From positions 256,001-320,000 of the forward strand of contig JAVJQW010000062.1 in assembly GCA_040218735.1 (NCBI GenBank): a DNA stretch of 64,000 nucleotides. Reading direction: 5' to 3'. Position 1 is the first letter of the stretch. Each line of letters begins with the position of its first letter. Under the pieces are notes generated by a model. That model did no database searches, had not been told where the DNA came from, and was given only the letters and a program-made list of their open reading frames with translations. Positions 1 to 9,578 of this stretch are shown here, one piece after another. The stretch comes from Deltaproteobacteria bacterium. GTDB taxonomy: Bacteria > Myxococcota > Kuafuiibacteriia > Kuafuiibacteriales > Kuafuiibacteriaceae. The position numbers and the translations under genes are program-made.

Positions 1-2
1 CG

Positions 3-566
3 ATCGACGAGAACAACGAACGCCAAGAGGAGCTCACCGCCCACCCCGGCTGGTCGTACTACGGCGAGGACGTCCCGTCCTTCGACGCGCTCCTCGGGCA
101 GCTGATGAACGTGGTGAAGAAACACCCAAAGACCACGTTCATCGCGGTGCACTTCGGCAACCACGCGGAGGATCCGTTCTGGGTGGGGCGGATGCTCGAC
201 GAACACCCGAACCTGTACGTCGACATCGCGGCGCGCGTTGTGGAGCTCGGACGGCACGACCCGAAGAAGCTCCGCGCCGTGTTCATCGAACACCGAAAGC
301 GCATCCTCTTCGGCAGCGACCTCGGCGTCACGCCGCGCGGCGGGCTGATGCTCGGCTCGTTCGGCGAGGAGCCGAACCGCCGCGACGAGGTGGGCCCGTT
401 CTTCGCCGCGCACTGGCGCTGGCTCGAGACCGCGGACACCCTCGACAGCCCGACCCCGATTCAGGGCCGGTGGAAGATCCACGGCCTCGAGCTGCCGTCC
501 GACGTGCTCGACGACATCTACCACGGCAACGCGGAGCGCCTGTTCGGCGCACCCGCGAAGCCTTGA
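3..566 (+). CDS. amidohydrolase family protein (Amidohydro_2-like), 5'-truncated by the window edge
   Basis: Frame is open from position 3. Motifs TTFIAVHFG, HPNLYVDIAAR, RILFGSDL and C-terminal IYHGNAERL are typical of the amidohydrolase TIM barrel. Confidence 0.85.
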   Translation: MDENNERQEELTAHPGWSYYGEDVPSFDALLGQLMNVVKKHPKTTFIAVHFGNHAEDPFWVGRMLDEHPNLYVDIAARVVELGRHDPKKLRAVFIEHRKRILFGSDLGVTPRGGLMLGSFGEEPNRRDEVGPFFAAHWRWLETADTLDSPTPIQGRWKIHGLELPSDVLDDIYHGNAERLFGAPAKP

Positions 567-567
567 A

Positions 568-1902
568 TCAGTTGTTGTCCTGGGTGCCAGTGCAGTTGTG
601 GTTCATCAGCGTAGTGAAGAACCCCGTCCCGAAGACGCTGCTGTTGTTGTGGTAGAAGTCGCGGAGGTTGCGACCGTTCGAGTCGCCGCCCGACGGCTCG
701 TTGTCGTCGCGGTTGCCGGTGCCGCTCGCGAAGCGATCCCACGCATCCGACAGCGCTCGCGGTGACGTGTTGAAGTCGTCCGGCCAGCTCGCTGCGCCGG
801 CCGCCGCCTCATTGTTCGAGTCGACGAGGTCCCAGAAGCCCTTCACGCTCTGCAGCTGAACCCCGGAGTTGGCGCTGCACGTGGCGTTGATCGGTGCGGC
901 CGTCTCGACCTGCAGACCCGCGACGCGCGGCAATGACCCCGAGTTGTTGTCGTCCCACCAGCTCACCGCCGACGAGAAGTCGGCCCACGCCTCCATCACC
1001 GCGGCCGACTCGAACTCGGTCCCGGTGCGCGACCAACCGCTGCCGTTGAGCGAGTAGTCGAACGCGAGGCCGTCGCGGTGGAACTCCGTGAACATCAAGA
1101 GGTGCCCCAGCTCGTGCGCGGAGGAGCGACCGTTCGTCGCGACGCCGCTGGTGTTGATGATGAACCGCCCGCGATCCTGCGCGGAGCCGCCGCCCGGGCA
1201 CGTGGTGTTCGGCGTCGTGCCGTTCACACACGGGAACACCATCTCGATGACGCCGCTGGCCGTCCCGTCGAACTCCGCGTTGAACGTCTCGAGCGCGCGC
1301 TGCGCGGTGTCGAGCGCGAGGACGCGGTCGGAGCGATCCGTCGTGTTCGACGTGGTGATCGCGAGCGCGAACCCGGGCGGGAGGATGTCGCACGACGCGC
1401 CCGCCTGGCAGTCCACGGCCACGAAGGCGTCCGGATCCGTGCCGTCGCCGTTGCGCCAGCTGATGACCGGGTAGCTGCTCGCGGTCTCGTCGAGCGCGCG
1501 GACCTTGTCGCCGTTCAGGCCGGTGTGGCGCACCTCGTTGATGTACTTCACGTACACGTCGGGGTTCGCTTCACCGAGGTCGATGTCCGGGACCGAGTTC
1601 TCCCACTCGAAGGTCGCGCAGCCCGGGCCGTCGGTCGTCTTGATGAAGCGCCCGATGAACTCGTCGTCGCCGACGGGGTCCTTGTCCCAAAGCTCGAAGA
1701 GGTGACCGACGGCGGGTGTCGCGGTGTTGTCCGCGTGGCGCCCGCGTTTGTTGCCGGTCTCGGTGTCGGACGGGCTGCTGCTGGTGTCGCGGCCCTCCCG
1801 GAAGTTCAGCGAGAAACACACCGTGCGCGTCGCCGCGGCGGCTTGGGGGGTGTACAGGAGCGCGGCGGCCCCGAGGACGAGGGTCGAAGTCAGCTTTTTC
1901 AT
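568..1902 (-). CDS. secreted gluzincin-type zinc metallopeptidase-like protein
   Basis: Signal peptide MKKLTSTLVLGAAALLYTPQAAA. AHELGH (HExxH) with a downstream EAWAD third-ligand-like motif. GAAGGAG RBS upstream. Confidence 0.7.
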   Translation of the reverse strand: MKKLTSTLVLGAAALLYTPQAAAATRTVCFSLNFREGRDTSSSPSDTETGNKRGRHADNTATPAVGHLFELWDKDPVGDDEFIGRFIKTTDGPGCATFEWENSVPDIDLGEANPDVYVKYINEVRHTGLNGDKVRALDETASSYPVISWRNGDGTDPDAFVAVDCQAGASCDILPPGFALAITTSNTTDRSDRVLALDTAQRALETFNAEFDGTASGVIEMVFPCVNGTTPNTTCPGGGSAQDRGRFIINTSGVATNGRSSAHELGHLLMFTEFHRDGLAFDYSLNGSGWSRTGTEFESAAVMEAWADFSSAVSWWDDNNSGSLPRVAGLQVETAAPINATCSANSGVQLQSVKGFWDLVDSNNEAAAGAASWPDDFNTSPRALSDAWDRFASGTGNRDDNEPSGGDSNGRNLRDFYHNNSSVFGTGFFTTLMNHNCTGTQDNN

Positions 1903-1932
1903 GTCTTGGTTTCTCCTTCGGCGTGGGCCGGC

Positions 1933-2661
1933 TCAGGACTCGAGGTCTTCCTTCGACTGCACGTCACGGACGCCGTCCGGGCGACGACCGTGCATCCGCG
2001 AGTCGCGTACCGGCTTGGCCCCTTCGATGCGCAGATCGGAGCCGCGGTCGGCGCCGGGGACGATCGTGGGATCGAATTCGACGCGCCCCCGCTGGAAGCG
2101 GTACGAGTGGCCGTCGGGGCTCAGGTGCACCTCGACGGGATCCACGATCGCGTTGAAGTCCTTGCCCGAGATCGCACGAAGCTCACCGCCCTGCAGCCGG
2201 TAGTAGCGACGCGCCATCGTCGTGAACGGATGCTCCGGATCGCCGTGCGCGATGTTCGCGGTGACGACGATGCGCTCCGCGACGAGCGCGTCCTGCGCCG
2301 CGCCCTTCGGGAGCGCGCGCGCCACGAGGTCGGCCTTCGGTGTGGGGACGGCGACGGCCTGGTCCGTGAAGGCGGCGTCGCGATCGGTGATCCGGACGAC
2401 CGCGTTCGACGCGACGACGCGCCCCTCGTGGTCCTTCAGATCGTGGTGGAAGAGCTCGCTGGTGATCGCGACGTCATAGACCCCGTCGAGCTCCCACTCG
2501 ACCTTCGCGTCGTCGACGCCCGTCACCAGCCGCACCGGGTCGAGCGCGTCTTCGTGCGGATCCGAGTGCCGAGTTGGGTTCGTGGTGAGACCGAGGGCCG
2601 CGACGAGCGAGGCTCCGCCGAGGGCCAACGCCAGGCGGCGCAGCCAGATGTTCTTCGTCAT
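1933..2661 (-). CDS. exported hypothetical protein
   Basis: ATG at 2661 follows an AAGGAA RBS. N-terminal basic + hydrophobic segment. Lies 30 bp upstream of the peptidase gene. Confidence 0.65.
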   Translation of the reverse strand: MTKNIWLRRLALALGGASLVAALGLTTNPTRHSDPHEDALDPVRLVTGVDDAKVEWELDGVYDVAITSELFHHDLKDHEGRVVASNAVVRITDRDAAFTDQAVAVPTPKADLVARALPKGAAQDALVAERIVVTANIAHGDPEHPFTTMARRYYRLQGGELRAISGKDFNAIVDPVEVHLSPDGHSYRFQRGRVEFDPTIVPGADRGSDLRIEGAKPVRDSRMHGRRPDGVRDVQSKEDLES

Positions 2662-2782
2662 GTTGCCTTGTTCCTTTCGCGCTCCGGAGGAAGACCGGAG
2701 CGTCGACAAGGAGATGTGCGATCAACCGCGCGGATCTCACGCGCGGCAGCGAAGAAGATTGTCGGAAGCTAGAGCGCCGCCC

Positions 2783-3253
2783 TCAGCGGTTGGTGAGGAT
2801 CGCGGAGGCGGCTTCGGTGGCCTGCGTGTGCAGCTTCTCGATGCTGTCGGCCTTCAGCTCGGTGCGGCCCACGGGCCGCGCGGTCTCGGTGTCGATCATC
2901 GACAGGCTCATGACGAACGTCTTACCGAGGCGGCTGATCGTCCCGGACACGATGAAGCGGGCCTGCATCGCCTTGCCCATGCTCGAGTAGCAGCTCGCGT
3001 CCGCGCAGGTGTCGAAGCTCGCGGCGAGCGCGCCGAAGCGCATCATGTTCCGAAGGTCGTCGCCGCAGAGGACGTCGTACTTGGCGGTCTTGGAGATGGC
3101 GTTACAGGTGGCGGTGGAGATGACCTGAGCCTCGTGCGCCTCGACGCCCTGGGCGACGAGGTCCTGCACCAACATCTTGGGCTTGGCGGCCCACGCGGGC
3201 GCGCTGGTCATCGTGAGGCCCAACAGCAAGGCGATGGTCGCGATTCGCGTCAT
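2783..3253 (-). CDS. secreted CsgG/TolB-N-like alpha/beta domain protein
   Basis: Signal peptide. CADASC..GKAMQARFIVSGTISRLG..MSLSMID pattern is characteristic of this myxobacterial domain. Confidence 0.7.
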   Translation of the reverse strand: MTRIATIALLLGLTMTSAPAWAAKPKMLVQDLVAQGVEAHEAQVISTATCNAISKTAKYDVLCGDDLRNMMRFGALAASFDTCADASCYSSMGKAMQARFIVSGTISRLGKTFVMSLSMIDTETARPVGRTELKADSIEKLHTQATEAASAILTNR

Positions 3254-3257
3254 GGCT

Positions 3258-3851
3258 TCACTCTCCCTTCGTTTCCCCTTCTCGCTCGAGCGCGCGCTCG
3301 ACAGCGACGCGGATCCGCCCGAGGTGCCGATCCCAGGATACCCCCTCGTTGCGAGCGGGCGGCGCGAGACGGACGACCTCTAATCGCGAGTCAACCACAA
3401 GAACCTCGCCGGGTCGATCGGACTTCAGCGCGCGCCGCACGATCCCGTGCTCGTCCACGCTGACTGGGTAAGGGTATTCCGACCTCAACAACTTCGCGCG
3501 CGCCTCCCCGGCGGTCTCCTCCTCCGCCAACACCACGCCGACGAACAGGCTTCCCTTCGCCCACGGCCGCGTCGCAAACCCGGTCATCTGGTCGCAGAAC
3601 GTCCGCGAAGCGCCCGTCTTGGCCGGCCCCGGGCAGTCCGACGGCGCGACGAGGAACAGCACGACGACCTTGGGAGACGGAAGTCCCGCGACGTCGTCCC
3701 GCGCGCGCGCGCCGATGACGTCCTCCAGGTGCAGAATGCGGTGGCCCCCCAGCGCCTTCGGGTTCGCGACGCCGAACGTGACCCATCCCGGCACACGCTC
3801 CACGGCCGTCTGACCGCTGAGCGCGCCGAGGACGAGGAGCGCAGCGAGCAT
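3258..3851 (-). CDS. exported thioredoxin-fold (redoxin-like) protein
   Basis: ATGA overlap with the upstream gene. KVVVLFLV..C, LFVGV, YPYPVSVDEHGIVRRAL..RPGEVLVVD resemble the TlpA/redoxin fold. Confidence 0.6.
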   Translation of the reverse strand: MLAALLVLGALSGQTAVERVPGWVTFGVANPKALGGHRILHLEDVIGARARDDVAGLPSPKVVVLFLVAPSDCPGPAKTGASRTFCDQMTGFATRPWAKGSLFVGVVLAEEETAGEARAKLLRSEYPYPVSVDEHGIVRRALKSDRPGEVLVVDSRLEVVRLAPPARNEGVSWDRHLGRIRVAVERALEREGETKGE

Positions 3852-4993
3852 CAGAAGCGGAGCATCATCGCGGCGGCGGCCCCGTCGCCCGTGGGCGCGA
3901 CGCCGAGCGACAGCTCCGTGCCGTCTTCGTCCATCCCCGGCTCGGAGCCGTCCGGCCACTCGAGCACGAGCGCGACGATGGTCGCGATCCCGAACGCGGC
4001 CGTCACGCCTATCGCGACGTTGGTGATGGCCTCCGTCTGCTCGCCGTCCTCACAGATCGGTGTGGTCGGAGCCATCACGCAGTTCACGCGCATCGCCTCG
4101 GTGTCCTTCTCGAGGTCGAGCACCTTGAGACCGAAGTACGCGATCGCCGCGCCCGAGACGGCGGTGAGTGTCCCGAAGATCAACGTGTAGAACAGGCCGA
4201 ACTCCGGCTCGTCGTCCACGGGCCCGGTGACCGTGATCGGCGGCTCCGTGGGCGGCGGCGCGGACGCCACGGGCGGCGGAGGCGGCGGCGGCGCGGCCTT
4301 CTTCTCCGGCGTGAACTCCACCCGCACCGTCTCGGTCCGACCGCCCTCGATGCGCCCGCGCCAGTGCACGGACTCGAAGCCGGTCTGTTTGATGATCAGG
4401 TGGTGCTCACCCGGGACGAGCGTATCGAGCGCGGGGCGCGTGATCTTGGCGTCGTCGAGGAGCAGCTCGGCCCCCTCCAGGGACCCGAGCCCACCCGCGG
4501 TCAGCAGCTTGATCCGGCCCGTGAGCGGGGCCGGATCGCCGCCGGCCCCCTTCTCGACGTGCCAGCCGTACGCCTCGACGGCGTCGACCGTGAAGTCTTG
4601 GAGCTTCGCCTCGTGTTTGGAGCCGCGTTTGTTCGCGACACGCACGCGCGTGACGATCAGGTTCGCCCGCTTGGGCGTCCCTTCGAGCTGGATGCGAATC
4701 ACGTCCGTCGCGCCGACGGTGCGCCCGATCCCCGCGAAGCACGCGTAGCTCGCCTTCGCGCAGCCCGCCGCGATGAGCAGGTCGGGCACGCCGAGCGCCG
4801 GGGCCGGCATGAGCGAGGCCTCCGGCATCGCCGCCTTCACACGCTCGCGCGCGACGCGGTCGAGGTCCTTCACGAACTGCGCGTCGAACCCGGACTGCTC
4901 GACGGGCAGCACCAGCACGCTCCAGTCCGCAGCCTCCGCCGCGGGGGCCACGCCACACAGCAGTGCGGCTCCGATCCACGCCCCTACTCGCAC
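3851..4993 (-). CDS. PEGA domain-containing membrane protein
   Basis: GTG start at 4993 with signal peptide. EGAELLLDD..PGEHHLIIKQTGF PEGA motif, Pro-rich linker, two TM segments and a C-terminal beta-strand ending in F. Confidence 0.75.
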   Translation of the reverse strand: MRVGAWIGAALLCGVAPAAEAADWSVLVLPVEQSGFDAQFVKDLDRVARERVKAAMPEASLMPAPALGVPDLLIAAGCAKASYACFAGIGRTVGATDVIRIQLEGTPKRANLIVTRVRVANKRGSKHEAKLQDFTVDAVEAYGWHVEKGAGGDPAPLTGRIKLLTAGGLGSLEGAELLLDDAKITRPALDTLVPGEHHLIIKQTGFESVHWRGRIEGGRTETVRVEFTPEKKAAPPPPPPPVASAPPPTEPPITVTGPVDDEPEFGLFYTLIFGTLTAVSGAAIAYFGLKVLDLEKDTEAMRVNCVMAPTTPICEDGEQTEAITNVAIGVTAAFGIATIVALVLEWPDGSEPGMDEDGTELSLGVAPTGDGAAAAMMLRF

Positions 4994-5055
4994 AGAGCGC
5001 CGGTAGCACGCACCCGGCGAGCCGGTCAAACCGACACCAAGCGCTCGGACGCCGT

Positions 5056-5784
5056 CTACGCGCGGCGGACGACCCAGGTGGGATCGATCGCGGCCAGGAA
5101 CGCATCCCGGCCCTCGGCGACGCGCGACGCGTCCCGGCCCTCGACCGTGACCTTGGTCTTGAACTCGTCGGTGTCGAAGCGGGGATAGGAGCCGAAGTCG
5201 ACGTCGTCGAACCGCCCCGCAATCGCGGTGAGCGCCTCCGCGAACCGATCCTCGCTCACGGACAAGAAGATCTGCTCGAGCACGAACGGCGTCTCGGCGA
5301 GGCGCGCGCGGAGGAAGCCGAACTTCGCCCGCAGGAACATCGGCACGCCGGGGAAGACGTAGACGTTGTTCATCTTCACGATCGGGTAGCGCAGCTCCTC
5401 GAGCCCGCACAGCTCAGCGCCACGCGGCAGCAGCGCCATGCGCTCCACGGCCTCGTTCATACGTTCGCCGAAGTGCTCGACGAGCATCTGGTGGAGCGTG
5501 GGGTTCCTCTCGATCGGGACGTCGAAGGCCTGGGCGATCGCGGTGAGCGTCATGTCGTCGTGCGTCGAGCCCACGCCCCCCGTGGTGAACACGTGCGTGA
5601 AGCGCGACGCCATGTCGCGGACGTCGGCGGCGATCGTGTCGACGTCGTCGCGGATGAACGCGACGCGCATCAGATCGATCCCCATCGCGTAGAGCTCGCG
5701 AATCAAGAACTTCGCGTTCTCCTCCTCGACCTTCCCGGAGAGGACCTCGTTCCCGATCACGACGATGCCGGCGGTGCTGGCCAT
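5056..5784 (-). CDS. CinA N-terminal/molybdopterin-binding domain protein (COG1058 pyrophosphatase-like)
   Basis: IGNEVLSGKVEEEN, TTGGVGSTHDDMT and FPGVP motifs. No C-terminal PncC domain. Confidence 0.9.
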   Translation of the reverse strand: MASTAGIVVIGNEVLSGKVEEENAKFLIRELYAMGIDLMRVAFIRDDVDTIAADVRDMASRFTHVFTTGGVGSTHDDMTLTAIAQAFDVPIERNPTLHQMLVEHFGERMNEAVERMALLPRGAELCGLEELRYPIVKMNNVYVFPGVPMFLRAKFGFLRARLAETPFVLEQIFLSVSEDRFAEALTAIAGRFDDVDFGSYPRFDTDEFKTKVTVEGRDASRVAEGRDAFLAAIDPTWVVRRA

Positions 5785-5888
5785 TCGCCCGAGCGTTTAA
5801 TGGCTCGGGGCCGGACCGTCAAACGGCCCGCGGCGCACAAACCGTTGAACGCCTTCGGACCCCACCGGCACTGACGGGGTGAAGCTCG

Positions 5889-6521
5889 ATGAACGTCGCC
5901 AAGACCACGCTGCGTCCCGGACGCCGACCCACTCCTCTGCCCGCGTCCGACCGCCGCGTCGGCCCGCCCGACGAAGTACCGTGGTCGCGGCGGGTGATGG
6001 CGTCCCTGTTGCCGTGGGGCCCGCTCGCCGCAGACGCCGAGGGCGTCGAGCTCGGCGCGGGTGTCGGCGCCTGGGCCACCGCCGTCGCGCCGAACGTCGG
6101 GCGCCTGCACGTGTTCACGGATGCGGCGAACATCGACGTCGCCCGCCGCGTGCTCGCGGCGCACGAACACGTCGAGATCTCGGACGCGGATCACATCGAC
6201 CTCCCCGACGCGAGCCAAGCCTTTGGGTACGCGCTCGGCGGCCTCGCCGATCCCGAAGCGCAGCTCGTCGAGCTCGCGCGGGTGCTCGCGCCGGGCGCGC
6301 CGCTCGCCGTCTACTTCCCCGCGCCGAAGGACGCCCCGTGGCCCGCCGCGCCGCGCCTGTTGCGCCGGTTCCTCCGACCTTCGCCGCACACCGGCCGCGA
6401 GGACGTCGTCGCGCTCCTCGAACGCTGCGGCTTCACCGACGTGCGCTTCCTCCCGGTGCCTCCGGACTGGCGCGTCATCGCGAAGCGTCGACGTCAGCCG
6501 GGCCGCGGCACCTTGCTGTAG
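5889..6521 (+). CDS. class I SAM-dependent methyltransferase-like protein
   Basis: Motif I ELGAGVG, DADHIDLPDAS, ELARVLAPGA and LLERCGF. Confidence 0.65.
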   Translation: MNVAKTTLRPGRRPTPLPASDRRVGPPDEVPWSRRVMASLLPWGPLAADAEGVELGAGVGAWATAVAPNVGRLHVFTDAANIDVARRVLAAHEHVEISDADHIDLPDASQAFGYALGGLADPEAQLVELARVLAPGAPLAVYFPAPKDAPWPAAPRLLRRFLRPSPHTGREDVVALLERCGFTDVRFLPVPPDWRVIAKRRRQPGRGTLL

Positions 6522-7888
6522 ATCTGCCTCAGCTTGTGCCCCTGCGCCTGTCGCTCCAGCGAGTCGACGGGCGCGACGTCGAGCTTCAACCGCCCGACGT
6601 GGTTGTCCGCGAAGTACGTCGAGAAGCGCCGCTCGAGCTCGGCCGTCAACGCCGACGCGTCGGCGCCCGCGTCCGCGACGTAACGGATCGACAGGGCGTT
6701 CTGCGCTTCGTGCACGAGCTGGTACTGGAGCAGCCCGCGCAGGTCGAGGAAGAGCACTTCGAACGGCACCGGCGGGAACGCGCGGAACGCGCCGGCGTCG
6801 TCCTCCAGGTAGAACGTGTCGTCGCTACGCCCCTCGACGCGGATCATCGGGAACGCCGCGCCGCAACCGCACTGGCCTTCGAGCACCGTCACGGAGTCCT
6901 CCAGCACGTAGCGGATCAGCGGCTGCCCGTAGTTTTCGAGGTTCGTGAGGTACACCCGCGCGCTCGGCGTTCCGACAGGCACCGGACGGCCATCGGCGTC
7001 GACCGGTTCGAGCACACAGAGATCTTCGTTCACGTGCAGGTTGCCGAGCTTGCACTGGTTCCCGATCGTCAGGCACTCGGTCGCGCCGTACGTCTCGGAC
7101 ACCTCCGCGTTCGGGAACGCGCGGCGGATCGTCTCGCGCGCGAGCTGCGACACCGGCTCGCTCCCCAGCGACACGAACTCCGGATCGATCGCGAGGTCCC
7201 CGGCGAGCTGCGCGCCCGCGAGGACTTCGAGGTAGGTCGGGTAGCTGTGCAGGTAGTGCGGCCGGTAGCGGTTGAGGCGCGCGACGGTCTCCTCCAGCGG
7301 GCTCGTCACCGAGAACGCCGACATCTTCATGAACGCGCGCGCGAGCAGCGGCTGAAACGTCGACACCAGCGCGGTGATGTAGTGCCCGCCGGTCGCGATC
7401 GTCATCGCCATGCGGTAGCGCCGCCCCCAGCAGAAGCGGATGATCTCGTGCGGCACCAGCCGGTGCCTCAGGATGCGCGCGAGGAGCCCGCCGTTCAGCC
7501 GCGCCCAGGCGTCGCGGTCGGTGACGAAGTACCCGACGCGCCCCGTCGTCCCCGAGGTGGTCGCGACGACGAAACGCCCGTCGTAGAGCCGCCCGACGTT
7601 CGCGGGATCCTCCGTGAACACCCGCGCCTGCTCCAACGTGAGCGCGCGGTTCGCGATCGAGTCGTCGAAGCGCGCCATCAGCTCCGGCTTGGTGATCGGC
7701 TCGATCCGATCGAGGTGGTCCGGGCTCGGATCGTCGATGCGCTCCGCGTACAGCGGCGTCGTCGCCTTCGCGTGCGCGAGCAGCGCCGCGAGCCGGGCGC
7801 GCTGCACTTCGGCCATGCGCTCCGGGGACAGCCGGCGCTCGCGGTACAGGCAGCCGACGGCCGCGCCGAGGAAGCGCGTGAGGCTCAT
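6494..7888 (-). CDS. phenylacetate-CoA ligase (PaaK/CapK) family adenylate-forming enzyme
   Basis: TTSGTTG P-loop, YGATE, PLIRYVLED and VEGRSDD. Confidence 0.88.
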   Translation of the reverse strand: MSLTRFLGAAVGCLYRERRLSPERMAEVQRARLAALLAHAKATTPLYAERIDDPSPDHLDRIEPITKPELMARFDDSIANRALTLEQARVFTEDPANVGRLYDGRFVVATTSGTTGRVGYFVTDRDAWARLNGGLLARILRHRLVPHEIIRFCWGRRYRMAMTIATGGHYITALVSTFQPLLARAFMKMSAFSVTSPLEETVARLNRYRPHYLHSYPTYLEVLAGAQLAGDLAIDPEFVSLGSEPVSQLARETIRRAFPNAEVSETYGATECLTIGNQCKLGNLHVNEDLCVLEPVDADGRPVPVGTPSARVYLTNLENYGQPLIRYVLEDSVTVLEGQCGCGAAFPMIRVEGRSDDTFYLEDDAGAFRAFPPVPFEVLFLDLRGLLQYQLVHEAQNALSIRYVADAGADASALTAELERRFSTYFADNHVGRLKLDVAPVDSLERQAQGHKLRQIYSKVPRPG

Positions 7889-7901
7889 GATGGGTCCGCC
7901 G

Positions 7902-8522
7902 TCAGCGCTCCCAGTCGTCGGGGGCGCCCTCTTCCTCTTGGCCGCCCGAAGCGGCGGCGTCGCTCGCGAGGGAGTACCTCAGCAGGCTCCGCTTGGTCTG
8001 CGGCGTGCGCTTGCCCTGGATCTCCGCCTCGGTCTCCATCTTCACGAGGCCGACGCCCTTCGCCCAGGTGAACCGCGCGTGCAGCGTGACGTTTTCGTCG
8101 CGGCGGATCTCCGAGGTGACCACGAGGCAGTCGTCGAACGAACCCGCCGCGGCCGAGCAACGCTCGCCGACGGAGTCGATCCGGTAGCGCTCCACCGCGG
8201 ACGCCGACACGATCGCCTTCCACGTCTGCCCCGGCGCGAGCGGCTCCTGGATCAGATAACGCGCGCGATCCCGCAGGCCGTCGTTCACGTGGCGCAGCTC
8301 GCCCTGCTGGTTGTCGCGGAAGTAGCCGTCGTCGGTCTTCGACAACACCTCGACGGTCTGTTCGCCCTGCTGCCCCTGGAAGTTCATCTTGTAGGTCCAG
8401 CTCGCGCCGACCTCGAGCGGCGCGTAGTCAGCGGCCCGCGGACCGGACGCGTCCGATCCCGCAGTGGGCGTCGACGCGCAGGCGCCGAGGAGGAGCGAAG
8501 CCAGGAGGGACGTGCGTCGCAC
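7902..8522 (-). CDS. lipoprotein, beta-rich hypothetical (DUF3108-like)
   Basis: GTG start with lipobox LLGAC. YAPLEVGASWTY, AAGSFDDCL and WAKGVGLVK patterns. Confidence 0.75.
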   Translation of the reverse strand: MRRTSLLASLLLGACASTPTAGSDASGPRAADYAPLEVGASWTYKMNFQGQQGEQTVEVLSKTDDGYFRDNQQGELRHVNDGLRDRARYLIQEPLAPGQTWKAIVSASAVERYRIDSVGERCSAAAGSFDDCLVVTSEIRRDENVTLHARFTWAKGVGLVKMETEAEIQGKRTPQTKRSLLRYSLASDAAASGGQEEEGAPDDWER

Positions 8523-8600
8523 GCTGCTGGTGTACCAACGCGCGCCCCGATTTTCGACCGCTTCTGACGCGTCTCGCCCTCGCGCTGCTAATGTGACGCG

Positions 8601-9560
8601 GTGTTCTGGAGGCGTTCGAAGGACCGTAGACCGGCTGTCACGCTGATCACCGGGTTCCTGGGCTCCGGGAAGACGACCCTGCTGAACCGCCTCCTCGCGA
8701 ACACCGACGGCTTCCGGGTCGGCGTGCTGGTCAACGACTTCGGGGAGGTCAACATCGACGCCGAGCTCGTCGTCGGCGTCGAGCGCGACAAAATCAGCCT
8801 CGCCAACGGCTGTATCTGCTGCACGATCCGCGGCGACCTGATCCGATCCGTGAACCGGCTCCTGAAGAGCAAGGACGCGCTCGACCACATCCTCGTCGAG
8901 GCGAGCGGGATCTCCGAGCCGCTCCCGATCGCCCAGACGTTCCTCAAGATGCAGGCCGAGGAGCGCCTCACGCTCGACGGGATCGTCGCCCTCATCGACG
9001 CCGAGGGGTTCATGGACCTCCGCCCCGACCAGCGCCTCCTCGCCGAAGCGCAGATCAAGGTCGCGGACCTCATCGTCCTCAACAAGGCGGACCTCGTGGA
9101 CGAGGACAAACTCGCCCTGCTCCGCCGCGTCGTCCGCAGCAGCGTCCCGAGCGCGCGGCTCTTCGCCACCGAGCAGGCCGACGTCCCGCTCGAAATCCTC
9201 GCGAGCACGCGGATGCCCGGCGAGCGGACGCTCCCCGACGAAGACGGCCACCACCACCCGGAGCGACAGTTCGAGACGGTCGCGCTGAGCGCCACCACCC
9301 CCCTGTCCCTGGAGCGCTTCCAACGCGCGATGGTCACGCTGCCGACGTGGCTCTACCGGGCGAAGGGGTTCGTCGAGCTCGTGGAGCTGCCCAAACACCG
9401 CGCCGAGTTCCACCTCGTGGGGCGCCGACTCACGGTGACGACCAGCCGCCGGTGGAAACGCGGCGAACGGGTCTCGCGGCTCGTCTTCATCGGCGACGCC
9501 GACGGCTTCGACGCGCAGGTCCTCGACGAGGCCGTGCGGCGCAGCGTCTCGCAGAACTGA
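8601..9560 (+). CDS. CobW/COG0523 family GTPase metallochaperone
   Basis: TGFLGSGKTT, GCICC, EASG and NKAD motifs, a short His stretch and a CobW_C YRAKG motif. Confidence 0.93.
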   Translation: MFWRRSKDRRPAVTLITGFLGSGKTTLLNRLLANTDGFRVGVLVNDFGEVNIDAELVVGVERDKISLANGCICCTIRGDLIRSVNRLLKSKDALDHILVEASGISEPLPIAQTFLKMQAEERLTLDGIVALIDAEGFMDLRPDQRLLAEAQIKVADLIVLNKADLVDEDKLALLRRVVRSSVPSARLFATEQADVPLEILASTRMPGERTLPDEDGHHHPERQFETVALSATTPLSLERFQRAMVTLPTWLYRAKGFVELVELPKHRAEFHLVGRRLTVTTSRRWKRGERVSRLVFIGDADGFDAQVLDEAVRRSVSQN

Positions 9561-9578
9561 CCCACGACGTCGGGTCGT

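Noticed and set aside
5889-7888. PaaK-like ligase and methyltransferase as a biosynthetic cluster
   Set aside because: The genes are convergent and there are no carrier or tailoring genes nearby, so the evidence is insufficient.
8523-8600. Zur box upstream of the COG0523 gene
   Set aside because: No AT-rich palindrome resembling a Zur/Fur site is visible.
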